The notes under the pieces: generated by a model
What the model saw: the letters and a program-made list of their open reading frames with translations, nothing else
Told to the model about the DNA's origin: nothing
Database searches by the model: none
Source: a bacterium
GTDB lineage: Bacteria > Desulfobacterota > DSWW01
Assembly: GCA_040756235.1 (NCBI GenBank)
Contig: JBFLZG010000027.1
Coordinates: 1 to 37,373, forward strand
Direction: 5' to 3'
DNA: 37,373 nt
In this document: piece by piece, positions 9,115 through 19,273 of the stretch
Layout of the letters: each line of letters begins with the position of its first letter
Position numbering within the stretch: position 1 is the first letter of the stretch
Position numbers and translations under genes: made by a program

Positions 9115-9472
9115 TGGTGGAGGCGGCGGGAATCGAACCCGCGTCCGGAAACCCGGAATTACGGCGTCTACATGCTTATCCTGCCATTGGGTTCTCGCTT
9201 CCTTCAACCCGGCAGGCAGGGTATCCGGAAGCCAGCCCAAGGTGCGTTTCGCCCGCAGCCCCCCTCAGGCATCAGGGCTCAGGGCTATCCCGCTAATCGA
9301 CGCCCTATCCGACCCCGCAGGAGAGAACCGGTAGGACGATGGCTGCTCTAGGCAGCCATGGCGTAGTCATAATCGTTGGCGATTATGGATTTGCCACCTG
9401 TTTTTCGAGGGTGATGGCACCTCGGCATGCAACCGCAACCCCAACGATCCCCGTCGAAACCATTTCGCCCCC
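9115..9472 (-). ncRNA. ssrA: tmRNA
   Basis: 5' GGGGGCGAAATGGTTTCGAC; 3' GGACGCGGGTTCGATTCCCGCCGCCTCCACCA; tag frame 9380-9348 encodes ANDYDYAMAA*. Confidence 0.97.
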
Positions 9473-9622
9473 GTACTCATTGGCAAGGCGCGGCGCTCGG
9501 ACCCCGTTCCGGGACCCGAGACTTCGAGGAAACGATCGGAATTGCCTACGTTCCAGGATAAGCTTTCGGGCCGGCCCTTTCAAGGTCCTTTCTTCAGAGA
9601 TATCCGAAAAGGTCCGTGCTTC

Positions 9623-10573
9623 TCACTTACGGGTTCCCTTTCCGCCGGCGAAAAAGGCCACGGTCCTCCTGAGACCCTCTTCGAACGGTACGTGGGCCGT
9701 GTAGCCGAGCAAACGCTGGCTCTTGCGGATGTCGGCCTGCGAGTGCCGGACATCGCCGGCTCTGGCCTCCTCATGAACGGGCTCGATCCTCGTGCTCATG
9801 ATCTCCTGGAGCAGCCTGCAAAGATGATTGAGCGTGTACCGACTGCCGCAGGCGAAGTTCATCATCTCGCCTGCCGCACCCGCGGCTCGGGCCGCCAGGA
9901 TGTTCGCCCGCACCACGTTCTCCACGTAGGTAAAATCCCGTGACTGCTCGCCGTCCCCGTAAATCGTCGGAGGGATGCCGTCCCTGAGAGCGGTGATGAA
10001 CCGCGGGATCACCGCTGCGTACTGGGAGGCGGGATCCTGCCGGGGGCCGAACACGTTGAAATAGCGCAGGGACACGGTCTCCAGGCCGTAAAGGTGCCAG
10101 AAGATGCCGCAGTAGAGCTCCCCGGCGTACTTCTGGAGCGCATAGGGGGAGAGGGGTTCCGGCTTCATGCTCTCTTCTTTGGGCAGCGCAGGGCTGTCGC
10201 CGTAGGCGGAAGAGCTCGCCGCATAGACGACCCGCTTCACTCCTGCGTCCCGTGCGGCGATGAGGACGTTCAGCGTCCCGTTGATGTTCGCCTCGTTGGT
10301 GCCCAGGGGGTCCTGGACGGACTTGGGCACCGAAGGAAGGGCCCCCTGGTGCAGGACGAATGCCACTCCGCGCATCGCTGCCCGGACATCCTCGAGATTG
10401 CACAGGTCCGCCTCGGCCAGCTCGATCCGATCGAGGAAAGGCTCGACGTTGGCCCGCTTTCCGGTCGCGAAATTGTCCAGGATTCGGACCCTCTCGCCTT
10501 CCCGGACCAGGGTTTCGGCAATGTGCGATCCGATGAACCCGGCGCCGCCCGTGACCAAGAACAAAGAAGACAT
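9623..10573 (-). CDS. NAD-dependent nucleotide-sugar epimerase/dehydratase (WbpP-like extended SDR)
   Basis: TGGAGFIGS, ASSSAYG, YALQK, LRYFNVFGPRQDP, GDGEQSRDF. Confidence 0.92.
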   Translation of the reverse strand: MSSLFLVTGGAGFIGSHIAETLVREGERVRILDNFATGKRANVEPFLDRIELAEADLCNLEDVRAAMRGVAFVLHQGALPSVPKSVQDPLGTNEANINGTLNVLIAARDAGVKRVVYAASSSAYGDSPALPKEESMKPEPLSPYALQKYAGELYCGIFWHLYGLETVSLRYFNVFGPRQDPASQYAAVIPRFITALRDGIPPTIYGDGEQSRDFTYVENVVRANILAARAAGAAGEMMNFACGSRYTLNHLCRLLQEIMSTRIEPVHEEARAGDVRHSQADIRKSQRLLGYTAHVPFEEGLRRTVAFFAGGKGTRK

Positions 10574-10765
10574 CTTTCTCCTCTCTCGCGCTCCTCGCTG
10601 TTGGCCGCCATGGGCCGGCCGGTTCCCATGGCTCCCGAAATTGCCTGAATCGGGGGGATGCACCCGAAGCTCACCGGCCCCGTAAGCCGCTCCGCCCCGG
10701 CCCGCCGCGCTCATGCGTGTCTTGAGAGCGGGCCGCATGCACATCTTTTCGGCATGTAGGGCGAG

Positions 10766-11707
10766 TTACTCGAGTCGATCCGAGCGATCGGTGCCTTCTC
10801 TTGCCTTCCGCGCCGCCTGCCGCACTCCGCCTGCGCAAGGAGCGGCCCGTCCGGCGGCCTCGTGAGCCAGCCGGTAGACCTCTCTTGGCGCGAGGCCGTA
10901 CTTGCCGGCCAGGGCGAGGGAGATCTGTTTCGAGCCCATTCCTTGGGCCCGGTACATCCGGATCTCCTCTACCATCTTCGCCGGGTCGACGTCCGGTGCA
11001 GCAGCCGCTCCGGCCTGAGGCTCGGGACCGGCAACCACGAGACAGAGCTCCCCTTTCGGCACCTGGGCTTCGACACTCTGCAGGATCTCGGCCAGGGTAC
11101 CCCGGCAGACCTCCTCGAAGCGCTTGGTTAGCTCCCGGCACAGGGCGGCGTCCCGGCTGCCGAGAGCGCGCAGCAGGTCGGCCACAGACTGGCGGATGCG
11201 GTGCGGCGACTCGAAGAAGACGAGCGCATGCGGCTGGGATGCCGCCTCCTCCAGCAGGCGCCGCCGCTCGGCCCCTCTTCTGGGCAGGAAGCCGTAGAAG
11301 GAGAAGCGGTGGGCCGGGAGGCCGGCCAGGCTCAAGGCGGCGATGAGCGCCGAAGGGCCGGGGACAGCCGTGAACGGGATCCCTTCCGCCACGAGAGCCC
11401 GCACCAGCCGATAACCGGGGTCGCTCACGCCCGGGCTGCCGGCATCCGAGACCAGGGCGACGTTCTTTCCTTCTTTGAGGCTTTGTACGATCGACGGGAT
11501 GCGCTGCTCTTCGTTCTGCTCGAAACAGCTGACCAGTGGCCTGGAGATCCCGTAGTGGGAGAGGAGCTTCCGGGTCCTGCGGGTGTCCTCGGCCGCGATG
11601 AGGTCCGCTTCCTTGAGGATGCGCAAGGCCCGGAGGGTGATGTCCTCGAGGTTTCCGATGGGGGTCGCCACCAGGTACAGCATGCCCCGGCGCTCCGGAG
11701 CATCCAT
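10766..11707 (-). CDS. rsmI: 16S rRNA C1402 2'-O-methyltransferase
   Basis: LYLVATPIGNLEDITLRA, AEDTR, SDAGSP, ESPHR, RELTK. Confidence 0.95.
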   Translation of the reverse strand: MDAPERRGMLYLVATPIGNLEDITLRALRILKEADLIAAEDTRRTRKLLSHYGISRPLVSCFEQNEEQRIPSIVQSLKEGKNVALVSDAGSPGVSDPGYRLVRALVAEGIPFTAVPGPSALIAALSLAGLPAHRFSFYGFLPRRGAERRRLLEEAASQPHALVFFESPHRIRQSVADLLRALGSRDAALCRELTKRFEEVCRGTLAEILQSVEAQVPKGELCLVVAGPEPQAGAAAAPDVDPAKMVEEIRMYRAQGMGSKQISLALAGKYGLAPREVYRLAHEAAGRAAPCAGGVRQAARKAREGTDRSDRLE

Positions 11708-11708
11708 C

Positions 11709-12110
11709 TCAGTCCTCCCAGATCTCGAAAGCATCGGGCACGTGCCGCAGGATGCGTCCCGCACCTTCCTCCTCTACCGCAACCACGTCAAAGCGTGCCG
11801 TCCGATCCTCCAGTCTATGGGCCCGCAGGTACAGGAGGGCCGTCCGCGATAGGCGCTGCTGCTTTTTGAGCTGGATCGTTTCCTCGGGAAGATGCCTCCG
11901 CGAAGGTCCCAGGCTCCGCACCTCGACGAAGACGATTTGCCCCTGGTCCTCCGCGACGATGTCGATCTCGCCGAAGCGGGTCCTGAAGTTGCGGCCGCGG
12001 ATCCGGAATCCCTTTTGCTGCAGGAACCGGGCGGCAAGGGCTTCGCCCTCTTTTCCCCGGTCTGCCCGGGCTTGCGCTTGTGCGCGGCGTTTCGGCTCCG
12101 ATGTCATCAA
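11709..12110 (-). CDS. yraN: YraN-family (UPF0102) protein
   Basis: G..GE..A..FL, GEIDIV, FVEV, RFDVV; usual position after rnhB. Confidence 0.9.
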   Translation of the reverse strand: MMTSEPKRRAQAQARADRGKEGEALAARFLQQKGFRIRGRNFRTRFGEIDIVAEDQGQIVFVEVRSLGPSRRHLPEETIQLKKQQRLSRTALLYLRAHRLEDRTARFDVVAVEEEGAGRILRHVPDAFEIWED

Positions 12111-12904
12111 GTCCTTCTTGCGGGGAGAGGGACCGGGGTCTCCAGCAGGGTCGCCTCGGGATCCAGAGTCTCTTTCACCCCGTGAAAGCTCCTGCGATGG
12201 AGGGGGCAGAACCCGAATTTGCGCAAGGCCTCGCGGTGGTCCAAGGTCGCATACCCCTTGTTCTGATCGAAGCGGTACTGGGGATATTCCGCGTGGAATG
12301 CCTCCATCAGTCGGTCCCGGGTCACTTTGGCCAGGACCGAGGCTGCGGCGATGGAATGGCTCCTCCGATCACCGTGCTTGATGCAGCGTTGCTCGATCCG
12401 GGTCTGCAGCGGAAAGATCCCGTCGATCAGAAGGTAGTCCGGCTGGCATGAGAGCCGTGCGACGGCCATCTCCATGGCTTTCCGCGTGGCGACGACGATG
12501 TTGAGGAGGTCGATCTGCTCGTGGGTCACGGTGGCGATGCCGTAATCGACGGCTGTGGCGCTGATGCGCTCGAACCAGCTCTCCCGCTCCCTTGCCGTGA
12601 GCTGCTTGGAGTCCGTGAGCCCTTCGTAACAGAGCCCCGGGGCCAGCACCACGGCCGCCGCCACCACGGGGCCGGCCAGCGGACCTCTGCCCGCCTCATC
12701 GATCCCGGCGATGCGCCGAAATCCGCGCAGGAGCAGCTCCCGTTCCGCCCGGAACAGGTCTGCGCTCCCGCCTTCTTCCCACAGATCCTCCTGCGACTCC
12801 TTGCGCCTCCTGCCGCGGCCGGCGCGCGCAGCACCGGGAAAAGGAGAAGCAGAAGGATCCGGTTGGCCCTCTTCTCTGCTGCCGTTTCCTTTGGGCCGCT
12901 TCAT
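12107..12904 (-). CDS. rnhB: Ribonuclease HII
   Basis: GIDEAGRGPLAGPVV, DSKQL, IAAASVLAKVTRD, KGY, HRRSF; start uncertain (12904 or 12937). Confidence 0.95.
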   Translation of the reverse strand: MKRPKGNGSREEGQPDPSASPFPGAARAGRGRRRKESQEDLWEEGGSADLFRAERELLLRGFRRIAGIDEAGRGPLAGPVVAAAVVLAPGLCYEGLTDSKQLTARERESWFERISATAVDYGIATVTHEQIDLLNIVVATRKAMEMAVARLSCQPDYLLIDGIFPLQTRIEQRCIKHGDRRSHSIAAASVLAKVTRDRLMEAFHAEYPQYRFDQNKGYATLDHREALRKFGFCPLHRRSFHGVKETLDPEATLLETPVPLPARRT

Positions 12905-13023
12905 CGGCTCCCCCCGAGGCTGTTCACGGTCCGTCACCAGCAGCGTTGCACCCGGTCGGATGATTTGGCCCCGCCCCGAGTCGGCGTACGTTTTCAGTTT
13001 GCCGGGCCAAGCGGGGGCCTGGC

Positions 13024-13047
13024 AACTGACAACTGATAACCGACAAC
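13024..13047. repeat. Short heptanucleotide tandem repeat in a hairpin downstream of rplS
   Basis: aactgac aactgat aaccgac aac; partly complementary to cagtttgcc near 12995. Confidence 0.45.
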
Positions 13048-13052
13048 GCCCC

Positions 13053-13409
13053 CTAGAGAGTGGCGGACCGATCGATCTTCATCCGGGCCGACTTGCCGCG
13101 GCGCTGGCGCAGGTAGTAGAGGCGCGAGCGGCGCACGATGGCGCGCTTGAGGACGTCCACTTTCACCAGATTCGGCGAGTGGATGGGGAGGATCCGCTCG
13201 ACGCCGACCCCATAGGAGATCTTGCGCACGGTGAAGGTGGTTCGGGCGAGGTTCCGGTTGATGCGGATGACCACACCTTCGAAAGGCTGCACGCGTTCCT
13301 TGGCGCCTTCGCGAAACCGCACATAACACCGTACCGTGTCGCCGGTGTGGAGGTCGGGCAGGTCCGCCCGCATCTGTTCTTTGTCGATCTGCTCCAGGAT
13401 GACGCTCAT
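13053..13409 (-). CDS. rplS: 50S ribosomal protein L19
   Basis: GDTV, KERVQ.FEGVVI, TFTVRKISYGVGVER, LYYLR. Confidence 0.97.
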   Translation of the reverse strand: MSVILEQIDKEQMRADLPDLHTGDTVRCYVRFREGAKERVQPFEGVVIRINRNLARTTFTVRKISYGVGVERILPIHSPNLVKVDVLKRAIVRRSRLYYLRQRRGKSARMKIDRSATL

Positions 13410-13461
13410 TTCTGCTTCTCCTTCTGCATGGCCACGAGGGGTGGGGACGGCTGCCCGGACG

Positions 13462-14058
13462 TCACGGGCTCTTCTCTGCCCGGTCCCCGAAGAGACGGTC
13501 CAGGAAGATCGCGACGGCGGAACGTACCGAAAGGTGGTTGTATGGACCTGGCCCGCGAATCGGGGCCAGCCGGAAATCGGCGGTTTCTATGGTCTCGGCC
13601 AGGAGCCCCCAGCCGGTTCCGAACAGCATGAGGTAGGGTTGGCCGGGCTCGCGTCCGAGCAGCTCCCTGAGCTTCCCGCAGTCCAGGTCCGGAGCGGAGA
13701 TGCGTGCGCTCGTGGCCACGGTCCGCGGCGGCCTTCCCCTTTCCTGCCGGATGGAACGGAACGTGTCCTCGAGGTCGGGGCTGATCCGGACCAGGCCGAA
13801 AGCCTCCTTGCGATTGGGGTTGTAACGGGCGCCGAAGCCCGCGTCCCAGTGGTCGTGGATCATCTGCGCCAAGGCCCTCTGGCTCGCGAGGGGGTTCACG
13901 AAATAGAAGGCCTGCACGCCGTAGGTGCAGGCGGCCCTGGCGATGTCGTGAAGGTCCATCGGAGTGAGGGAGGTGCGCACCACGTTCCCGTTCTTGTCGT
14001 AGACCGGGGAGTGGATCAGCGCGAGGTAAAGTGGGCTCAGGTGCGGTTCCAGCTTCAT
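13462..14058 (-). CDS. SPOUT RNA methyltransferase (DUF2168-like, trmD-associated)
   Basis: LYLAL.H.PV, DLHDIAR, FGTGWGL, YNHLSVRSA. Confidence 0.85.
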   Translation of the reverse strand: MKLEPHLSPLYLALIHSPVYDKNGNVVRTSLTPMDLHDIARAACTYGVQAFYFVNPLASQRALAQMIHDHWDAGFGARYNPNRKEAFGLVRISPDLEDTFRSIRQERGRPPRTVATSARISAPDLDCGKLRELLGREPGQPYLMLFGTGWGLLAETIETADFRLAPIRGPGPYNHLSVRSAVAIFLDRLFGDRAEKSP

Positions 14059-14102
14059 CTGATCTCAACCCATGTGCCAACGATTCCATCGGAGTCGCTC
14101 TC

Positions 14103-14924
14103 TCAACCGGTTTGCGGGCAGCCCGGCGGCTCATCGCACCCGTCCTCCGGCAAGTCCTTGCCCCCGGTCCGGGCTCCGGCCGACTCCTCCGCCGACCCCT
14201 TCCGGACCTCTTGCGCATAGCGCCTCTCCGCGTCGCTCAGCAAGGCCTTGGCGAGCAGGTCCGGCCTCTTCAGCACGGTCTGCTCCAGGGACTTCCTGCG
14301 CCGCCAGGCGGCCACCTGGCGGTGGTCGCCGGACAGGAGCACGTCCGGGACCCGGCACCCCTTGAAGTCCTGGGGTCTCGTGTAATGAGGATACTCCAGG
14401 AGACCGTTCGAAAAAGACTCCTCCAGGCTGGACCGCTCGTCGCCGAGCACTCCCGGCACGAGGCGTGCGGTCGCGTCCAGCACGACCAGGGCCGCGGCCT
14501 CTCCTCCGGTCAGCACGTAGTCGCCGATCGAGATCTCCTCGTCCACGCAAAGGAGCTTCACGCGCTCGTCCACCCCCTCGTACCTTCCGCAAACCAGTAG
14601 GAGCCGCTCCCAGCCGACGAGCTCCGCCGCCACTTCCTGGCTGAAGGGCCTTCCTTGCGGGCTGAGCAGCACGACGCGCCCCCTGGGGCCGGGCATCTCC
14701 TGCACCGCCTCCACGGCCCGCACGATCGGCTCGGGCTTCATGACCATGCCGCTGCCGCCTCCGTAAGGGGCATCGTCCGTGACGCGATGGCGGCCCGAGG
14801 CGTAGTCCCGGATGTTGTGGCACCGCACCCGGATCGTTCCCTGAGCGATCGCCTTCCCGAGGATGCTGGCCCCCAGGAAGGAGTCGAACATTTCAGGGAA
14901 CAAAGTCAAAAGGTCATAGATCAT
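14103..14924 (-). CDS. trmD: tRNA (guanine37-N1)-methyltransferase
   Basis: LTLFPE, DDAPYGGG, CGRYEGVDER, SIGDYVLTGGE, LEYPHYTRP. Confidence 0.97.
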   Translation of the reverse strand: MIYDLLTLFPEMFDSFLGASILGKAIAQGTIRVRCHNIRDYASGRHRVTDDAPYGGGSGMVMKPEPIVRAVEAVQEMPGPRGRVVLLSPQGRPFSQEVAAELVGWERLLLVCGRYEGVDERVKLLCVDEEISIGDYVLTGGEAAALVVLDATARLVPGVLGDERSSLEESFSNGLLEYPHYTRPQDFKGCRVPDVLLSGDHRQVAAWRRRKSLEQTVLKRPDLLAKALLSDAERRYAQEVRKGSAEESAGARTGGKDLPEDGCDEPPGCPQTG

Positions 14925-15492
14925 GCGGATCCAGCAGCCCTTCCAAAGGGTGGATGATCATCCGGCGCCCGGTGAGATCGACGCGCCGGACCACTTCCCG
15001 CAATCCCGGGATCAGGATCTCCCGTTCTCCTTCCCGGATTACGTAAACGTCGTTGCTGCCGGTCTGGAAGATCCCGCGTATGCTTCCCAGGCTCCTTCCG
15101 GATTCCGTCACCACTTCCAGCCCGATCAGCTCGTGCCAGTAATACTCGTCCTCGGCCGCAGCCGGCAGGTCCCTCTTGGCCACGTGCAGGAAGGCGCCGA
15201 CCAACCCCTGGGCCTCCTCCGTGCGGTTGCACTCGCGGAACTTCAGAACGAGCACGCTGCCCTGCCGGAGGACCTCTGCCTGTTCGACGGTCAGACCCCG
15301 GTAGCCGCTCCCGGAGGCCACGTACAATGTGCCGCCGCGGCGCATCGTGTCCGGCGAAGCGGCGTAGCTGAGGACCTTGACCTGTCCGCGGATTCCTTTC
15401 GTCTTCAGGACCTTGCCAATGATCAGGAGGCCGTTGGCCTCCAAGCCGGGCGGGCAGACAAAGCTCCCGTTCGGATCATCCCCTCTGCCCAT
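14914..15492 (-). CDS. rimM: Ribosome maturation factor RimM
   Basis: IGKV.K..GIRG.V, EYYW..LIGL, GSNDVY, LIP; position before trmD. Confidence 0.93.
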   Translation of the reverse strand: MGRGDDPNGSFVCPPGLEANGLLIIGKVLKTKGIRGQVKVLSYAASPDTMRRGGTLYVASGSGYRGLTVEQAEVLRQGSVLVLKFRECNRTEEAQGLVGAFLHVAKRDLPAAAEDEYYWHELIGLEVVTESGRSLGSIRGIFQTGSNDVYVIREGEREILIPGLREVVRRVDLTGRRMIIHPLEGLLDPHDL

Positions 15493-15593
15493 GCATGACT
15501 CCGCTCTCACAAGGCGAATCGACCGATATTGTACAAGGCCGCGAACCCGGCTGCGCTTGGGTCGGGTCCGGACGGACTGGCGGGCGGGATCTC

Positions 15594-15851
15594 CTACTCG
15601 ATGATCTCCAGGACGGAACGCTTCCGAATCTTGGTGGAGGCGGCGCTGAGAATGGTGCGAATGGCGCGGGCCGTGCGGCCCTGCTTGCCGATCACCTTCC
15701 CGAGATCTTCCTTGGCGACGGTGAGCTCGATCACGGAGGTCTTCTCTCCTTCCACCTCGCTCACCTTCACCTGGTCCGGACGGTCCACGAGTGCCCTGGC
15801 GATGTATTCGATCAGATCCTTGATGCTGTCAGTCGATCCGGGTGTTGCCAT
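15594..15851 (-). CDS. khpA: KH-domain RNA-binding protein (KhpA/YlqC)
   Basis: [17 protein letters not shown]; position between rpsP and rimM. Confidence 0.92.
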   Translation of the reverse strand: MATPGSTDSIKDLIEYIARALVDRPDQVKVSEVEGEKTSVIELTVAKEDLGKVIGKQGRTARAIRTILSAASTKIRKRSVLEIIE

Positions 15852-15957
15852 GTGGGTTCACTCCTTTTCGATTGAACGGGATTGGGAACTGGCACTCCAG
15901 CGAGCCTCGAGCAACCGCATCTCCAGCCACACAGTCTGTGCTGATCCCCGGGCAGTG

Positions 15958-16221
15958 TCACTCCTTCTTGGATGCGGCCTCGGAACGACTGGCTTTACGG
16001 ATCAGCCTGGCAACGGTATCCGTGGGCAGGGCCCCTTTGCGGATCCATTCCTGGTAGCGCTCCGTCTCCAGCCGAATCTCCGGCGGCTGGGTCAGAGGGC
16101 TGTAGATCCCCACCTTCTCGATGAACTTCCCACCCCTGGGGGCGCGGCTGTCCGCAACCACGATATGATAATAGGGTCTCTTGTGGGCGCCGCGCCTCTG
16201 CAACCGAATCCTGACGGCCAT
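15958..16221 (-). CDS. rpsP: 30S ribosomal protein S16
   Basis: MAVRIRL.R.G, PYYHIVVADSR.PR.G.FIE, GALPTDTV. Confidence 0.97.
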   Translation of the reverse strand: MAVRIRLQRRGAHKRPYYHIVVADSRAPRGGKFIEKVGIYSPLTQPPEIRLETERYQEWIRKGALPTDTVARLIRKASRSEAASKKE

Positions 16222-16250
16222 GCTGTGCTTCCTCCTTGCTCTTACCTGGA

Positions 16251-17579
16251 TCAACCACCCAACAGTCTTCCCAATCCCCTGGGCCCCATTTTCTGGATGC
16301 GCTTCATCATCAAGCGGGCCTGCACGTACTGCTTGACGAGACGGTTGACGTCCTGAACCGAGGTCCCGCTCCCCTTGGCAATCCGTTTTCTCCGGCTTCC
16401 GTTGAGAATCGTGTGGTCCCGCCGCTCCTTGAGCGTCATGGAGCTGATGATCGCCTCGATCTTGACGAGCTCCTTCTCGTTCGGCTGGACCCCGGGCATC
16501 TTCTTGAGCTTTTGAAAGCCGGGAATCATCGAAAGCAGCTGGTCCAGGGAGCCCATCTTGCGAATCTGCTGCATCTGGTCCTGGAAATCCTCCAGGGTGA
16601 AGGCGTCCTTGCGCAGCTTCTCCTCGAGCTCGAGCGCCTTCTTCTCGTCGATGGCGGCCTCGGCTTTCTCGATGAGCGAGAGCACGTCCCCCATGCCGAG
16701 GATCCTGGAGGCCATCCGGTCCGGATGGAACATCTCGAGGGCGTCGGGTTTCTCGCCGACGCCTACGAACTTGATCGGCTTGCCGATGACGGCCTTGATG
16801 GACAAGGCGGCGCCGCCCCGGGCGTCGCCGTCCATCTTCGTGAGGATGACCCCGCTCAGATCGAGCAGCTCGTTGAATCGCGAGGCGACGTTGACCGCGT
16901 CCTGGCCCGTCATGGCGTCCGCCACGAACAGGATCTCGGCGGGGTCCATGGCTTCCCGGATCCTGCGCAGCTCCTGCATGAGGGCGTCATCCACGTGGAG
17001 GCGTCCGGCCGTGTCGACGATCAGGGTGTCCCGGCCTTGCGCAGCGGCCTGCTGCCGGGCTTCCCTGCAGATCGCCACCGGGTCCTGGTCGGTGCGCGAG
17101 GGGAACACCGGCACTCCCACCTGTTCGGCCAGCCGGGTCAGCTGGTCGATGGCGGCCGGCCGGTAAACGTCGGCAGGCACGAGCAAGGGGAAGTATTTCT
17201 TGGAGCGGAGCCAGACCGCGAGCTTGGCGGCGGTCGTCGTCTTGCCGGACCCGTGGAGCCCCACGAGCAGGATGCAGGCCGGCCGGTTCTCTTTGAGCTT
17301 GAGGTCCGCGCCCTGGGACCCCATGATGCGGATGAGCTCCTGGTGAACGATCTTGACGAACTGCTGGCCCGGGCTGAGGCTCTCCATCACCTCGGCGCCC
17401 AGCGAACGTTCCTTGACCGCTTCCGTGAAATCCTTTACCACCTTGTAGTTTACATCCGCTTCGAGAAGCGCTATCCTCACGTCCTTCAGAGCTTCCTGGA
17501 CGTTCTTCTCGCTGAGCTTTCCGTGCCCCTTGACCTTCTTGAAAACGAGGGCGAGCTTATCCGAAAGATTGTCAAACAT
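16251..17579 (-). CDS. ffh: Signal recognition particle protein
   Basis: LLEADV, GSGKTTT, DTAGR, TKMDGDARGGAALS, RILGMGD, SRRKRIA.GSG. Confidence 0.97.
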   Translation of the reverse strand: MFDNLSDKLALVFKKVKGHGKLSEKNVQEALKDVRIALLEADVNYKVVKDFTEAVKERSLGAEVMESLSPGQQFVKIVHQELIRIMGSQGADLKLKENRPACILLVGLHGSGKTTTAAKLAVWLRSKKYFPLLVPADVYRPAAIDQLTRLAEQVGVPVFPSRTDQDPVAICREARQQAAAQGRDTLIVDTAGRLHVDDALMQELRRIREAMDPAEILFVADAMTGQDAVNVASRFNELLDLSGVILTKMDGDARGGAALSIKAVIGKPIKFVGVGEKPDALEMFHPDRMASRILGMGDVLSLIEKAEAAIDEKKALELEEKLRKDAFTLEDFQDQMQQIRKMGSLDQLLSMIPGFQKLKKMPGVQPNEKELVKIEAIISSMTLKERRDHTILNGSRRKRIAKGSGTSVQDVNRLVKQYVQARLMMKRIQKMGPRGLGRLLGG

Positions 17580-17724
17580 GGGCGAATCGACCTTTACCTA
17601 TCCATGGAATCGATACGTGCAACAAAATCGAACAGAGAATCGGCCAGCGAAATCACCTTTACGGCAAGGATTATATCCCATCCGACGGGTCAAATAAATC
17701 GACAAATACTACATGAAAATCGTT

Positions 17725-17753
17725 TTGACTTCCAGCGCGCCGACCGATAGAGT
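17725..17753 (+). promoter_or_regulatory. Putative sigma70 promoter of the tol-pal operon
   Basis: TTGACT, 17-nt spacer, TAGAGT. Confidence 0.5.
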
Positions 17754-17989
17754 CTGCGCCTATTTCGGGTCCCTTACGAAATGAAGGAAAATCAGCGGCG
17801 TCTTCCCCCGCAGCCCCACGATCGTCCAAGCCGCTTCACTGCCGCCGAGACCCAAGAGGAATTCCGCACCCATGACCGACCCTGAGCGGGCTCCTCGTAC
17901 GGCGAAGGCGAGCTGAGGCTGATTCCTGACGGTCGAACCCTTCGATCGGACCCTGTCCAACCCGTTCTCTTAGACACCGGAGGCTGGAA

Positions 17990-18781
17990 ATGTGGTTTTC
18001 GACCTGGACCCAGACCGGCATTCAAGTAGTCTCGGCCGCCGCACAGACGCTCCCCGACTCTCCTCCGCTGGCGGCCGTGCGCAGCAGCAACCTGCTCTGG
18101 GAAACGCTCCACCAGGCGGGCCCCATCGTGAAGCTGGTCCTGCTGCTCCTCATCGTTCTTTCGGTCGCCTGCTGGGGCATCATCTTGTACAAGTACCTGG
18201 TCCTCAGGCGCTCCGGCAGGGGCTCTGACCAGTTCCTTGCCCTCTTCGCCAGGGCTTCCAGTCTTTCCGAGCTGTACCAGGCCGTCCGAAGCAGCCCGGC
18301 CAGCCCCTTGCTCGCTGTCTTCGAGGAAGGGTACAAGGAGCTCTCGCGCCTGCTGACTTCCGGCGGCGGCTCCGGGCGCTCTGCCCCCGAGGATGCCCTC
18401 GTCGCCACGGGCGGGATCGAAAACGTGAGCCGGGCCATGCGGATGGCCCAGACCCGGGCCGTGACCGATCTCGAGAAGTACCTCAATTTCCTGGCTTCGA
18501 CCGGCTCGACGGCGCCGTTCATCGGCCTTTTCGGAACCGTCTGGGGAATCATGACCGCCTTTCGCAACATCGGAGCCACGGGGTCGGCCAACCTGGCGAC
18601 GGTCGCCCCCGGTATCGCCGAAGCCCTGATCGCCACCGCCGTGGGCCTTTTCGCTGCGATTCCGGCCGTCGTTGCCTACAACTTCTTCCTGCAGCGAATT
18701 CGGGTTCTCACGGCGGAAATGGAGAATTTCTCGGCGGACCTGATCAATATCATCGAAAGACACCTGCGCAAGAGCGCCTGA
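17990..18781 (+). CDS. tolQ: TolQ
   Basis: [37 protein letters not shown]. Confidence 0.93.
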   Translation: MWFSTWTQTGIQVVSAAAQTLPDSPPLAAVRSSNLLWETLHQAGPIVKLVLLLLIVLSVACWGIILYKYLVLRRSGRGSDQFLALFARASSLSELYQAVRSSPASPLLAVFEEGYKELSRLLTSGGGSGRSAPEDALVATGGIENVSRAMRMAQTRAVTDLEKYLNFLASTGSTAPFIGLFGTVWGIMTAFRNIGATGSANLATVAPGIAEALIATAVGLFAAIPAVVAYNFFLQRIRVLTAEMENFSADLINIIERHLRKSA

Positions 18782-18819
18782 CGCGCCTGCAAAACGACGC
18801 AAACAGCGGAGAACGGGTC

Positions 18820-19224
<405 letters not shown>

Positions 19225-19273
19225 AACTTTTTGACTCCGGGGGCGTTGTTGCATAAGGGGCCATGAGTCCGCC

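Noticed and set aside
13462..14924. TrmD-SPOUT fusion by readthrough
   Set aside because: The two ORFs are in different frames, 44 bp apart, each with its own start and stop
15632..15645. 14-nt match (tggtggaggcggcg) to the tmRNA 3' end, a possible att site
   Set aside because: It lies inside the conserved khpA coding sequence, upstream of ssrA, and no integrase is present; chance match
17580..17989. SRP RNA next to ffh
   Set aside because: No SRP domain IV signature (CAGG...GGAA...AGCAG) found on either strand
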